NCBI GenBank assembly: GCA_004558825.1
Contig: SFDB01000001.1
Location: 137,427-201,426, forward strand
Source of the DNA: Clostridiales bacterium
Lineage (GTDB): Bacteria; Bacillota; Clostridia; Christensenellales; CAG-138
DNA length: 64,000 nucleotides
Direction of reading: 5' to 3'
This document shows, piece after piece, positions 9,140 through 18,199 of this stretch; the stretch's first letter is position 1, and each line of letters begins with the position of its first letter. Below the pieces are notes generated by a model. That model was not told the DNA's origin. It ran no database searches and saw nothing but the letters and a program-made list of their open reading frames with translations. A program made the translations under genes and the position numbers.

Positions 9140-10839
9140 ACATCCTCCAATCGCCTTTCACGACGCTTGCGGAGTACGACAATAAGCACGGACGCCGCGC
9201 CGATAAATGCGGCGCCAATTATAACCCATGCCCACCACGGAAAAGCTCCGCCTGTATCTTCAGGTATATCGGGCACAATCGGGTCAAACGTCGGATCGTA
9301 CGGCTGTTCCTCGTTTACAAACAGGTTGAACGGAAGTTCTTCGGTTATGGTTTCGCCGAAAACATCCTCGTATGTAATTATAACCTTGCCCGCTATATCT
9401 CCGCCGATGCTCGGAATGACGACAAAATCCGCCCGCATCTCGGAGCCGCCCGGTATGTTTCCGCCAAAGTAGTTTTCCTCCATAGCAAGGCCCTCGCCCT
9501 CGACGGTGACCATGCAGTTATATATAGACGACCTTCCAAGATTATAGAGAGCAAATGACATCGACACGCCCTGGCCTACCCATGCATCGTCATATATCGT
9601 AAGAGTATCGAGCTTAGTCCTTATGTGCTGCGATACGGATAGCGTCAGCGTTTCGCTCGGCGTGTATGTATGTTTGCTCGACGAGCCTTCATAGCTGAAC
9701 TCAACGTTCATCGTATACGTCCTGGCTTCCGCATCGGACGGCGTCTGGAGCGTCATTGTGACCGTCTTTGTTTCGCCCTTTGCTATCTTATCGATATATA
9801 TCGTGTTCGAGCCGGAGTTTGCAGGAAGAACGACGTTATTCGGGTCGGTTATCCTAAGCTGGAGATTCTGTATTGCTTCCTCGGAAGACGTATTCTTCAG
9901 GTTAAGCGTTATGTCAAACTCGTCGCCCGCATATATCCTGTCTACACTCGTTGCGAACGATTCGATTATAAGCTTTGGCATCGATACGAGCGCATCGGGA
10001 TCTGTCGCCGTACCCGCCATGCCGTTCTTGACCGTCACAAATACGCTTACGGTGCATTCTTTTATGGCGTTAGTTCCGTCTCTGTATGAAACCTTGAAAT
10101 CGACCTGTTTTACGCCGTTGGTCGCCTCCTTGCTGAGCTTGAGGTTATAAACAAATTCAACAATATAGTTCGGATACAGCGTGCCGTAGCAGCTCTGGGT
10201 GTAGTCGATCTCTTCTATCACAAACGGGAACGATTCAAGGCTTGTCGAGATGACGGGCGTAACTTTTATGTCATAGGCAAGCCCCTTGCGGCACATAAGC
10301 GGAAGGCGTATGTTAATCCGCTTGCCCGCATCTCCCTCGGGAGCGGGAACGGGTTTGCCGGACGTGTCGACCGGGCTTATCATTATCTGCGACTCGGTAT
10401 CGGGGTCAGACGGATCAACGACAGGCTCGCTTGTCTTTTGAATCGATACTTTAACGCTTTTGGGCATCGACGCCTCTTCGAAAAAGAGCTGAAGCGTTTC
10501 GGAATACGTGCCCTGCATTGCGCTGCCGATTACCGAGGCCGTAACAAGTATCCACGAAGTCTTGTTAGGTTCAATGGTCGTGTTGCCGTTCACCGAATCG
10601 ACCTTGGCAAGCACGTTGCAGGTGCTTGCGGGAACTATATGCGCAAGAGTCACGGGCGTATCGCCTTTGTTTGTTATATAAAGCTGCATTTCGACGGAAC
10701 CTCCGACCTCCTTGAATATCCCGTCGGCAGCTACGTCGATCTTATCGACTGTTACGGCCTCGCCCATGGCAGGCAGAAGCAAAAGACACATTGCAAGCGC
10801 AAGCGCCATCGTCGTCATGCGTCTGAAAAAACTTTTCAT
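9136..10839 (-). CDS. Exported Ig-like/CARDB-like repeat protein with C-terminal membrane anchor (function unknown)
   Basis: 567 aa. Signal peptide MTTMALALAMCLLLLPAMGEA. Repeated beta-sandwich hallmarks (VEMQLYITNKGDTPV, FDITLNLKNTSSEEA, VSMSFALYNLGRSSI). C-terminal TM WWAWVIIGAAFIGAASVLIVVL followed by RKRRERR. The ATGA overlap with the permease gene indicates translational coupling. Confidence 0.8.
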   Translation of the reverse strand: MKSFFRRMTTMALALAMCLLLLPAMGEAVTVDKIDVAADGIFKEVGGSVEMQLYITNKGDTPVTLAHIVPASTCNVLAKVDSVNGNTTIEPNKTSWILVTASVIGSAMQGTYSETLQLFFEEASMPKSVKVSIQKTSEPVVDPSDPDTESQIMISPVDTSGKPVPAPEGDAGKRINIRLPLMCRKGLAYDIKVTPVISTSLESFPFVIEEIDYTQSCYGTLYPNYIVEFVYNLKLSKEATNGVKQVDFKVSYRDGTNAIKECTVSVFVTVKNGMAGTATDPDALVSMPKLIIESFATSVDRIYAGDEFDITLNLKNTSSEEAIQNLQLRITDPNNVVLPANSGSNTIYIDKIAKGETKTVTMTLQTPSDAEARTYTMNVEFSYEGSSSKHTYTPSETLTLSVSQHIRTKLDTLTIYDDAWVGQGVSMSFALYNLGRSSIYNCMVTVEGEGLAMEENYFGGNIPGGSEMRADFVVIPSIGGDIAGKVIITYEDVFGETITEELPFNLFVNEEQPYDPTFDPIVPDIPEDTGGAFPWWAWVIIGAAFIGAASVLIVVLRKRRERRLEDV

Positions 10840-10860
10840 ACGTTTATTCCCCCTAAAGCT

Positions 10861-11574
10861 TTACTGTTTGTTTTCGATTTTAACAATCCGTCCGTCAAGC
10901 AAATGTATCACCCTATCGGCATACTCCGCCATATTCGGATCATGCGTTACCATTACGAGTGTCCTGTTATGCTTGCGCAGCGTATCGACTATCATATGCA
11001 TTACCTCATCCGAAGTGCTTGAGTCAAGGTTGCCCGTCGGCTCGTCCGCAAATACAATATCGGGATTCGTCACAAGCGCCCTGGCTATACCCACGCGCTG
11101 CTGCTGTCCTCCGCTCATCTGCGTCGGTTTATGGTTCATGTGCGACTCAAGTCCCACCTCCTTGAGCATTTCGCGCGCAAGCTTATTGCGCTTGTTCGGC
11201 AGAACGCCCCTAAACGACAGTGGAAAAGCCACATTTTCAACGGCAGTATAGTATGGCAGCAGATTGAACGACTGGAATATGAACCCGACGTGCTTCTGCC
11301 GAAACACGATAAGCTCGCTCTGCGTCATACGCTCCATATGTTTGTTGGCAATAACTATTTCGCCGCTCGTTACCGGCTCAAGCCCTGCCATGACATTCAA
11401 AAGCGTCGATTTGCCCGAGCCGGAGCGCCCTACTATGCAGCAAATCTCGCCCTGCTCTATTTTAAGGCTTACGCCGCGCAGGGCGTTCACCTCCACGCTT
11501 CCGACTTTATATACTTTTGTAACATTTCGTATGTCTATAGCAGGTACAGCGTCGCTTTTTCTAATGGCCTCCAT
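10861..11574 (-). CDS. ABC transporter ATP-binding protein (MacB/LolD-like)
   Basis: Walker A GRSGSGKST, Q-loop, signature MSGGQQQRVGIARA, Walker B IVFADEPTGNLD. I prefer the start at MEAIRK (11574), which has a GGGGGTG RBS. The track start 11628 sits right behind an extended -10 (TGTTATAAT). Confidence 0.92.
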   Translation of the reverse strand: MEAIRKSDAVPAIDIRNVTKVYKVGSVEVNALRGVSLKIEQGEICCIVGRSGSGKSTLLNVMAGLEPVTSGEIVIANKHMERMTQSELIVFRQKHVGFIFQSFNLLPYYTAVENVAFPLSFRGVLPNKRNKLAREMLKEVGLESHMNHKPTQMSGGQQQRVGIARALVTNPDIVFADEPTGNLDSSTSDEVMHMIVDTLRKHNRTLVMVTHDPNMAEYADRVIHLLDGRIVKIENKQ

Positions 11575-11845
11575 CGATGCATCACCCCCGATTCTTCCCC
11601 CTCGCGGAGTTATTTTGACAACAGCCATTATTTTTCATTATAACATTTAACGTGTATAAAGCCTATCAGGTTCCATAATGTTTACATATTAGTTACAAGT
11701 AAAGTTGGATATTTTTATATTGCTTGAGCTATTGACTTTTTTGTGTTATCATCAAATAGACGTATTGATTTTGTGTCTGCTTGCATCTACGGTTTCACGG
11801 CCAAAACGCCTTGGAATTAAAATAAAATACGGAGGAAAATAAAAA

Positions 11846-12667
11846 ATGAAACGAACATTATCTATCATCACGGCGCTGCTCATCGCATCTATGCTCATTT
11901 TCGTATACGGTTGCGAAAGCGCGACGCAAAACAACGACGACACTCCGGGCAAAAATATGACGGAGTACGATTCTTCCGCCGAAAACGCCGACGTAGCATT
12001 CGGAAAAGCCGAAACGCTCGCAACGCTTGCGCTCGACGCATCGACATATGAGGCGGTCAAGGCAGAAGTCGACGCAATTGACAAACAGAACGCAAACGGC
12101 TTCATAACCACTAATGCCATCGAGCTTCTTTACGCAAACGGAAATGACAGCATATTCGTCGCCGATGATAAGCTCGCAAAGGCTTTTATCGTATTTGAAA
12201 ACGGCGAAACGCGCAGCCTGCCGTACACCGACGATACGCGGGATTCGGTTCGCGCCGAAATAAGCGATTACACTACGGCAGCCGCATACGACTTTATTGT
12301 CAAAACCACGCAAAGCGACGGCGCATTTCACCTTAACGTTTCCGACAAATCCGGCAGGTCGTGGACGATTGACGACAAGGCAATAATCGCACCAAGCAAT
12401 TACAAGGTTCTTTTCGGCGACGGCAGCGGCAACCTCTACATAATGTATACGGGCGGAAGCGATCCGAACCCCGATTTTTACCGCTACATAGCCCGTTATT
12501 CGTCAGGCGGAGCTCTGCTGACGGGCAAATTCTCGTATAAGCTTCTTGCCGATATGGACGGCGTGGCGGCTTTCTCCGAGTCGCAGATTGTTGACGCCGA
12601 AAACGTATGCATCTACACGCTTGCCGCAGCAAGCGACGGAATACGCATAATCAGAATCGCGCTGTAA
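11846..12667 (+). CDS. Hypothetical lipoprotein
   Basis: Signal peptide with lipobox (LIASMLIFVYGC), GGAGGA RBS, 273 aa. I recognise no family. Confidence 0.7.
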   Translation: MKRTLSIITALLIASMLIFVYGCESATQNNDDTPGKNMTEYDSSAENADVAFGKAETLATLALDASTYEAVKAEVDAIDKQNANGFITTNAIELLYANGNDSIFVADDKLAKAFIVFENGETRSLPYTDDTRDSVRAEISDYTTAAAYDFIVKTTQSDGAFHLNVSDKSGRSWTIDDKAIIAPSNYKVLFGDGSGNLYIMYTGGSDPNPDFYRYIARYSSGGALLTGKFSYKLLADMDGVAAFSESQIVDAENVCIYTLAAASDGIRIIRIAL

Positions 12668-12785
12668 TCCGCAGTATTTTTGAAGCCAAGACCTTAAAGC
12701 GCTGCCTTTAGTGCCTTGGCTTTTTGATGTTCAAAACGCTCCGCTTCTGTTATTGAAACGCATTTCGTTGTGCCTGTTTATTGCA

Positions 12786-12817
12786 CGAAAAACGGCCGAC
12801 GCATTACTGCGCCGGCC
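12786..12817 (-). terminator. Terminator after gdhA
   Basis: GGCCGACGC (12794-12802) pairs with GCGCCGGCC (12809-12817) with one mismatch. On the minus strand it is followed by a TTTTT run. Confidence 0.55.
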
Positions 12818-12852
12818 GCCATGTTATTCTACGCTATTAAGCTTTCCTGTTA

Positions 12853-14199
12853 TCAGACCAAGCCCTGAGCTATCATAGCGTCAGCAACCTTCTTGAAGCC
12901 TGCGATATTGCCGCCTGCTACGAGGTTGTAGCCGAGGCCGTATTCTTCCGCAGCATCGGCGCTCATCTTGTGGATGTTTACCATGATGTTCTTGAGCTTT
13001 GCGTCAACCTCTTCCTCGCTCCAGCTCAGACGCTCTGCGTTCTGGCTCATCTCGAGTGCGGACGTTGCAACGCCGCCGGCGTTAACAGCCTTGGACGGAG
13101 CAACAACGAGACCCTTGCTCATGAGGAACTTGAGGGCATCGTTCGATGTCGGCATGTTGGCAACCTCGATGTAGTACTTGATGCCGTTTGCGACGATCTT
13201 CTCTGCGGACTCCATGAGTACGTCGTTCTGCATTGCGCACGGCATAACGATATCAACCTTGCGGCCAAACGGCTTCTCGCCCGGGAAGAATTCTACGCCG
13301 AACTTGTCCGCATAATCCTGTACACGGTTGCGGCGGCTTGCGTTCATCTCGAGCATATAGTTAATCTTCTCTTCCGTTACAACGCCATCGGGATCATAGA
13401 TGTAGCCGTCAGGGCCGGAGAGGGTGACTACCTTACCGCCGAGCTCGGCAACCTTCTTTGTTACGCCCCAAGCAACATTACCGAAGCCTGATACGGCAAC
13501 GGTCTTGCCCTCAATGGTGTCGTTCTCATGCTTGAGAACTTCGCACAGATAATAAACAGCGCCGTAGCCCGTTGCTTCCGGACGGATAAGGCTGCCGCCG
13601 TAAGAAAGGCCCTTGCCCGTGAGAACGCCGTTCTCATAGGCGCCGCGAATGCGCTTATACTGGCCGAAGAGATAGCCTATCTCTCTTGCGCCTACGCCCA
13701 TGTCGCCTGCCGGAACGTCGATAGACGGACCGATATGACGCTGGAGCTCTGTCATGAAGGCCTGGCAGAAACGCATGATTTCTGCATCGCTCTTGCCCTT
13801 GGGATCAAAGTCCGCGCCGCCCTTGCCGCCGCCGATGGGGAGCGATGTAAGGCTGTTTTTGAATGTCTGCTCGAAGCCGAGGAACTTCATAACGCTGAGG
13901 TTTACGTTAGGCTGGAAGCGGAGACCGCCCTTGTACGGCCCGATAGCGCTGTTGAACTGTACGCGGAAACCACGGTTTACATGCGGCTGACCATTGTCGT
14001 CTACCCATGTTACACGGAACTCGATCGTCCTTTCAGGCTCGACCATGCGCTCCAAAAGGGCCATGTTCTGATACTCGGGATGGCGATCAACAACGACCTC
14101 GAGGGAAGAAAAAACTTCTTCAACCGTCTGAAGGAATTCGGGTTCATTAGCGTCGCGCTTCTTTACCTTTTCCAACACTTCTTGAATATAAGCGTTCAT
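12853..14199 (-). CDS. gdhA: NADP-specific glutamate dehydrogenase
   Basis: 448 aa. ..RVTWVDDNGQPHVNRGFRVQFNSAIGPYKGGLRF.. and the GGGKGG catalytic region. Full-length Glu/Leu/Phe/Val dehydrogenase architecture. Confidence 0.97.
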   Translation of the reverse strand: MNAYIQEVLEKVKKRDANEPEFLQTVEEVFSSLEVVVDRHPEYQNMALLERMVEPERTIEFRVTWVDDNGQPHVNRGFRVQFNSAIGPYKGGLRFQPNVNLSVMKFLGFEQTFKNSLTSLPIGGGKGGADFDPKGKSDAEIMRFCQAFMTELQRHIGPSIDVPAGDMGVGAREIGYLFGQYKRIRGAYENGVLTGKGLSYGGSLIRPEATGYGAVYYLCEVLKHENDTIEGKTVAVSGFGNVAWGVTKKVAELGGKVVTLSGPDGYIYDPDGVVTEEKINYMLEMNASRRNRVQDYADKFGVEFFPGEKPFGRKVDIVMPCAMQNDVLMESAEKIVANGIKYYIEVANMPTSNDALKFLMSKGLVVAPSKAVNAGGVATSALEMSQNAERLSWSEEEVDAKLKNIMVNIHKMSADAAEEYGLGYNLVAGGNIAGFKKVADAMIAQGLV

Positions 14200-14478
14200 G
14201 AGATACCTCCGAAGAAAATAATTTCATTTTTCTCATTTTCATGAGAAATACAACGATTTATCGTTGCTAAGGTTATCTTATTCCCCATATATGGCATTGT
14301 CAATACATAGAAAAGAATATAATCTTCATAATTCAGCATTCCTTGTCACTTCATGGCGCTCGCTCACGGCCATATGCGGCAGGCGTAAATTTATATCGGT
14401 ATATATAAGCAAAGTTGTGGTTAAATACGGGCGATTGTGCTATGCTAACATTAGCTTACACCATTCTTCGGAGGAAAT

Positions 14479-16458
14479 ATGAACACGATAGATAAGCTGT
14501 CGATAGACACTATAAGGATTTTGTCCGCGGAAGCGATACAAAAGGCAAACAGCGGCCATCCGGGTATGCCCATCGGCGCCGCACCCATTGCGTACGCAAT
14601 ATGGAAAAACATGAATCATAATCCTAAGGATCCGTCATGGCGCGGAAGGGACAGGTTCATTCTTTCCGCAGGACATGCCTCTATGCTCGAATACTCGCTT
14701 CTCCACCTCTATGGCTACGACGTATCGATGGACGACATAAAGCAGTTCCGTCAGCTCGGCAGCAAGACGCCCGGCCATCCCGAATTCGGCCATACATGCG
14801 GCGTCGAAGCAACAACAGGCCCGCTCGGTCAAGGCTTCGCAATGGCTGTGGGTATGGCTATTGCCGAATCGCACCTTGCGGCGAAATTCAACCGCGCCGG
14901 CTTTAATGTCGTCGATAATTATACATATGTCCTCACAGGCGACGGCTGCATGGAGGAAGGCGTTTCGGGCGAAGCCGCATCTCTCGCCGGCACGCTCAAG
15001 CTTAATAAGCTTATCGCCGTATACGACCGCAACCGTATAACCATTGAAGGCAGCACCGACCTTGCATTCAGCGAAAACGTAGCGGCACGCTTCGGCGCCT
15101 ACGGCTGGCAGGTCATAACGGTAGACGACGGAAACGACCTCGATTCCATCGAAAACGCTCTGCATCTTGCAAAGCGTCAGGATAAGCCCACGCTCATAAT
15201 TGTTGACACCAAGATAGCATACGGTTCGCCAAAGGAGGGTATGAACAGCGCCCACGGCTCGCCGCTCGGCGAAGAGAATATAAGGCTCATGAAGCAAAAG
15301 CTCGGCTTTGATTACGACGAGCCCTTCACCGTCCCCGCGCAAGTATACGCTAATTTCTCACGTCTCGCCGAAAAATGCGCCGAGCCGCAGTCAGCGCATG
15401 CACAGCTCATGAAGGCCTATAAGACGGCCTTCCCGGCGCTTTACAAGGAATGGGAAGAATACCACGCGCCCGTCGACGTCGAGTCGCTCATAAATGACAG
15501 GGAATTTGCGGAGTTCGATGAAAAAGTCGCTACGCGGGCCGCCTCGGGCAAGATACTCAACCTGCTCGCGAGGCATATCCCCAACATGTTCGGCGGCTCT
15601 GCCGATCTTGCGCCGTCGAACGTGACCGAAATAAAGGGCGAAGGCTATTACAGCCCCGATTCGCCCAAAAACCGCAACATCCATTTCGGCATACGCGAGT
15701 TTGCAATGGCGGCCATATGCAACGGCATCATGCTATACGGCGGACTCCATGCATACTGCGCAACGTTCCTCGTGTTCGCTGACTATCTTAAGCCTGCCCT
15801 GCGTCTGAGCGCCCTGATGAAGCTGCCCGTCATATACGTCCTCACGCACGACAGCATAGGCGTAGGTGAAGACGGCCCGACGCATCAGCCCATAGAGCAG
15901 CTTGCTTCACTTCGCGCAACGCCCAATACGCGCGTATTCAGGCCGGCCGATGGCAAGGAGACCTCCGCCGCATATATGAGCGCGCTCAACGCCGACTGCC
16001 CGACTGTTCTCGCGCTCTCGAGGCAGGGACTTCCGACACTTGAGGCGACAAGCTTTGAGGCAATGCGCGGCGGATATGTTATAAAGGCTGCGGACGGCGC
16101 TCCCGATGTGATACTCATAGCTTCCGGCTCCGAGGTCGAGCTGGCCCTTAAAGCCGCGCCGGTGCTTGAAGAAAAAGGCATCCGCACGCAGGTCGTAAGC
16201 ATGCCCTGCACGGAGCTTTTCGATGCCCAGAGCGATGAATACAAGGAAAGCGTACTGCCCAAGGCGGTCAGAGCGCGCGTTTCGATTGAAGCCGCTTCAA
16301 GCTTCGGCTGGCAAAAGTATACGGGCCTTGACGGCGCAAACGTTTCGCTCGACACGTTCGGCGCTTCGGCTCCGGCAGGCAAGCTGTTCGAGCTTTTCGG
16401 GTTCACCGTTCAAAACGTCGTCGACACGGCAATCCGTACAGTCGATTCGTTAAAATAA
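14479..16458 (+). CDS. tkt: Transketolase
   Basis: 659 aa. ..[14 protein letters not shown].., the thiamine-diphosphate motif [13 protein letters not shown], and ..[16 protein letters not shown].. Confidence 0.97.
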   Translation: MNTIDKLSIDTIRILSAEAIQKANSGHPGMPIGAAPIAYAIWKNMNHNPKDPSWRGRDRFILSAGHASMLEYSLLHLYGYDVSMDDIKQFRQLGSKTPGHPEFGHTCGVEATTGPLGQGFAMAVGMAIAESHLAAKFNRAGFNVVDNYTYVLTGDGCMEEGVSGEAASLAGTLKLNKLIAVYDRNRITIEGSTDLAFSENVAARFGAYGWQVITVDDGNDLDSIENALHLAKRQDKPTLIIVDTKIAYGSPKEGMNSAHGSPLGEENIRLMKQKLGFDYDEPFTVPAQVYANFSRLAEKCAEPQSAHAQLMKAYKTAFPALYKEWEEYHAPVDVESLINDREFAEFDEKVATRAASGKILNLLARHIPNMFGGSADLAPSNVTEIKGEGYYSPDSPKNRNIHFGIREFAMAAICNGIMLYGGLHAYCATFLVFADYLKPALRLSALMKLPVIYVLTHDSIGVGEDGPTHQPIEQLASLRATPNTRVFRPADGKETSAAYMSALNADCPTVLALSRQGLPTLEATSFEAMRGGYVIKAADGAPDVILIASGSEVELALKAAPVLEEKGIRTQVVSMPCTELFDAQSDEYKESVLPKAVRARVSIEAASSFGWQKYTGLDGANVSLDTFGASAPAGKLFELFGFTVQNVVDTAIRTVDSLK

Positions 16459-16482
16459 TCCGCGGCATAAGCAAATTCACCG

Positions 16483-16518
16483 AAAAGCGCCCGCATATCA
16501 AACACTCGGGCGCTTTTT
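16483..16518. terminator. Bidirectional terminator between convergent tkt and flippase genes
   Basis: AAAAGCGCCCG (16483-16493) pairs with CGGGCGCTTTT (16507-16517). A/T runs lie on both sides. Confidence 0.65.
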
Positions 16519-17832
16519 AAGCGTCCTTCTCATAATTATGGCCGCATTCATGGCAAGCCGCAGCCCATCGCCTATTATCATACCAAGCATGTAACCGTAG
16601 ACGTTGAGCGCCGGCATTGCAGTCAGCGCCCATATCAGCAAGAATTGAATCGCTTCCCCGCAAACGGCATTAAGAAGCACGCGCTTATGCTCATATATGC
16701 CGTTCATAACGCTTACAGTTACGGCAAGAAAATACCCTACTATCGTTTTTATGCCTATCAGTGCCGCAAGCTTCGGCGTCAGTGTTTCTGAAAACAGTAT
16801 CTCGCAAAGCCTCGGCGCGAACGGTATCACCGCCGCCGTCAGCAGCCCGAAGGCCCCGGCAGTCAAAAAAGCTTTGCGGACGCGATTCCTTATGCACCGT
16901 ATATCGCCGTTTTCATGGCTTGCCGATATTTCGGGCATAAGCACCGCGCAAAGCGCACCCACGAACGCCGCGGGCAAACACATAAGCGGCTCGGCCATGC
17001 CCGATATCCTCCCTAACATTCCTACGGCGCTTTCAGCGGAAAATCCCGCTTTTTTAAGCCTTGCCGGAAATACTACCGTTGACGCCGACGACAGAAGCGT
17101 CGCAGAAGCTGACGTTGCCACGGACGGAGCGGCTATCGCCATAAAACGCTTCCTTGAAAAGACCTTTTGCGAACAAAGACGGCTTTTTTCCGTTCTCAGT
17201 GCCTTCATGTACGACACAGTCAAAAACGAAACGCTGAATATTTCACTGAGCGTCATCCCGAGCATTATCAAAAATGCCGACAGCCTATGCTCTCCAATTC
17301 CAAAGCTTAAAAGCAGAAGTATCACGAGCGAGTATCTTATCGTTTGCTCTATAAACTCGGACAGTGACGCGATTTTCACCCTGTTCATGCCGAAAAGCGC
17401 CGATTTCATCACGTTTTCAACACCCGTAAGCAATATGCATATAGGTATCAGCCAAAGAGCGTCGGCCGTTCTCATGTCGCAAAGCACGTCGGCGGCAATC
17501 TGCTCGCGCAGCGCAAGCACCCCAAGCGCAAGCGGCAGCAGCAGCGACATCAGCACGCACAGCGCAAACCTTACCACCGAATCTACGCCCGCTACGCCGC
17601 GCTTCACATACACGCGAGCGCTCATACCTGTCACGGCGACGGATATGCCGGAAACGCAGACCGAATACAGCACCGAATATACCTGCATCGCGAGCGCGCT
17701 CACACCCATGCCTTCCGCCCCTGCAAGCCGGCCGAGCGCTATTCTGTACGCAAAGCCCATCAGCTGCAGCCCCATATTCGATGCCGACAGCATGAGCCAG
17801 CGCTTTGTAAGGGAATTATGCTTGTTGCGCAT
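16498..17832 (-). CDS. MOP-superfamily polysaccharide/lipid-II flippase (SpoVB/MurJ-like)
   Basis: About 12-14 TM polytopic protein with N-terminus ..GLQLMGFAYRIALGRLAGAEGMGV.. typical of SpoVB/Wzx-type flippases. Start at MRNKHNS (GGAG 8 nt upstream). Confidence 0.8.
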   Translation of the reverse strand: MRNKHNSLTKRWLMLSASNMGLQLMGFAYRIALGRLAGAEGMGVSALAMQVYSVLYSVCVSGISVAVTGMSARVYVKRGVAGVDSVVRFALCVLMSLLLPLALGVLALREQIAADVLCDMRTADALWLIPICILLTGVENVMKSALFGMNRVKIASLSEFIEQTIRYSLVILLLLSFGIGEHRLSAFLIMLGMTLSEIFSVSFLTVSYMKALRTEKSRLCSQKVFSRKRFMAIAAPSVATSASATLLSSASTVVFPARLKKAGFSAESAVGMLGRISGMAEPLMCLPAAFVGALCAVLMPEISASHENGDIRCIRNRVRKAFLTAGAFGLLTAAVIPFAPRLCEILFSETLTPKLAALIGIKTIVGYFLAVTVSVMNGIYEHKRVLLNAVCGEAIQFLLIWALTAMPALNVYGYMLGMIIGDGLRLAMNAAIIMRRTLKKRPSV

Positions 17833-17972
17833 ATTAAGACTCCGATTCGTGCAAACCATTTACGTTTATATGTTTATCTATATTTGCTCCGTCACCCTAT
17901 AATGACGGCAAAAATCCGTGCTTTTTCGTCAACGCCTCCGCAGATCCGCAACATCATAAATTGATTTTTCTG

Positions 17973-18001
17973 TTGACCTGAATGAATTTTGACTATATAC
18001 T
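17973..18001 (+). promoter_or_regulatory. Sigma-A-type promoter for the oadB leader
   Basis: TTGACC (17973-17978), 17-nt spacer, TATACT (17996-18001). Confidence 0.55.
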
Positions 18002-18199
18002 CTTTAGCGTGAGAGGGAGTAACAGGCATGCCGCGTGAACGGCGTGCGGCATACAGCGTCATGACGGCGCAAGCCCGCTGTATGCCCAGGAAACGCTTGC
18101 GGTTCTGCGGTAAGACTTTTGCTTTGTTTATGCATCGCAAAAAGTCTTTTTTTGTAATGTATACTTTCTCGCCGCCATCAAAAATACACTGAATAAGAG
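18002..18199 (+). promoter_or_regulatory. Structured 5' leader (candidate riboswitch/attenuator) upstream of oadB
   Basis: Hairpins ATGCCGC/GCGGCAT (18028-34 / 18046-52) and ACAGCG/CGCTGT (18053-58 / 18076-81), followed by an intrinsic terminator before the start codon. Confidence 0.45.
18112..18153 (+). terminator. Leader (attenuator) terminator upstream of oadB
   Basis: AAGACTTTTGC (18112-22) pairs with GCAAAAAGTCTT (18137-48) with one bulge, followed by a run of T to 18153. It lies about 50 nt upstream of the oadB start. Confidence 0.65.

Noticed and set aside
13528-14244. 238-aa + ORF, with 12970..13491 (+)
   Set aside because: They are antisense shadows of gdhA, a full-length glutamate dehydrogenase on the minus strand.
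16697-17902. 401-aa + ORF
   Set aside because: It is antisense to the polytopic MOP flippase gene. The Ser/Ala/Thr-rich translation has no motifs, and the minus frame gives regular TM helices.
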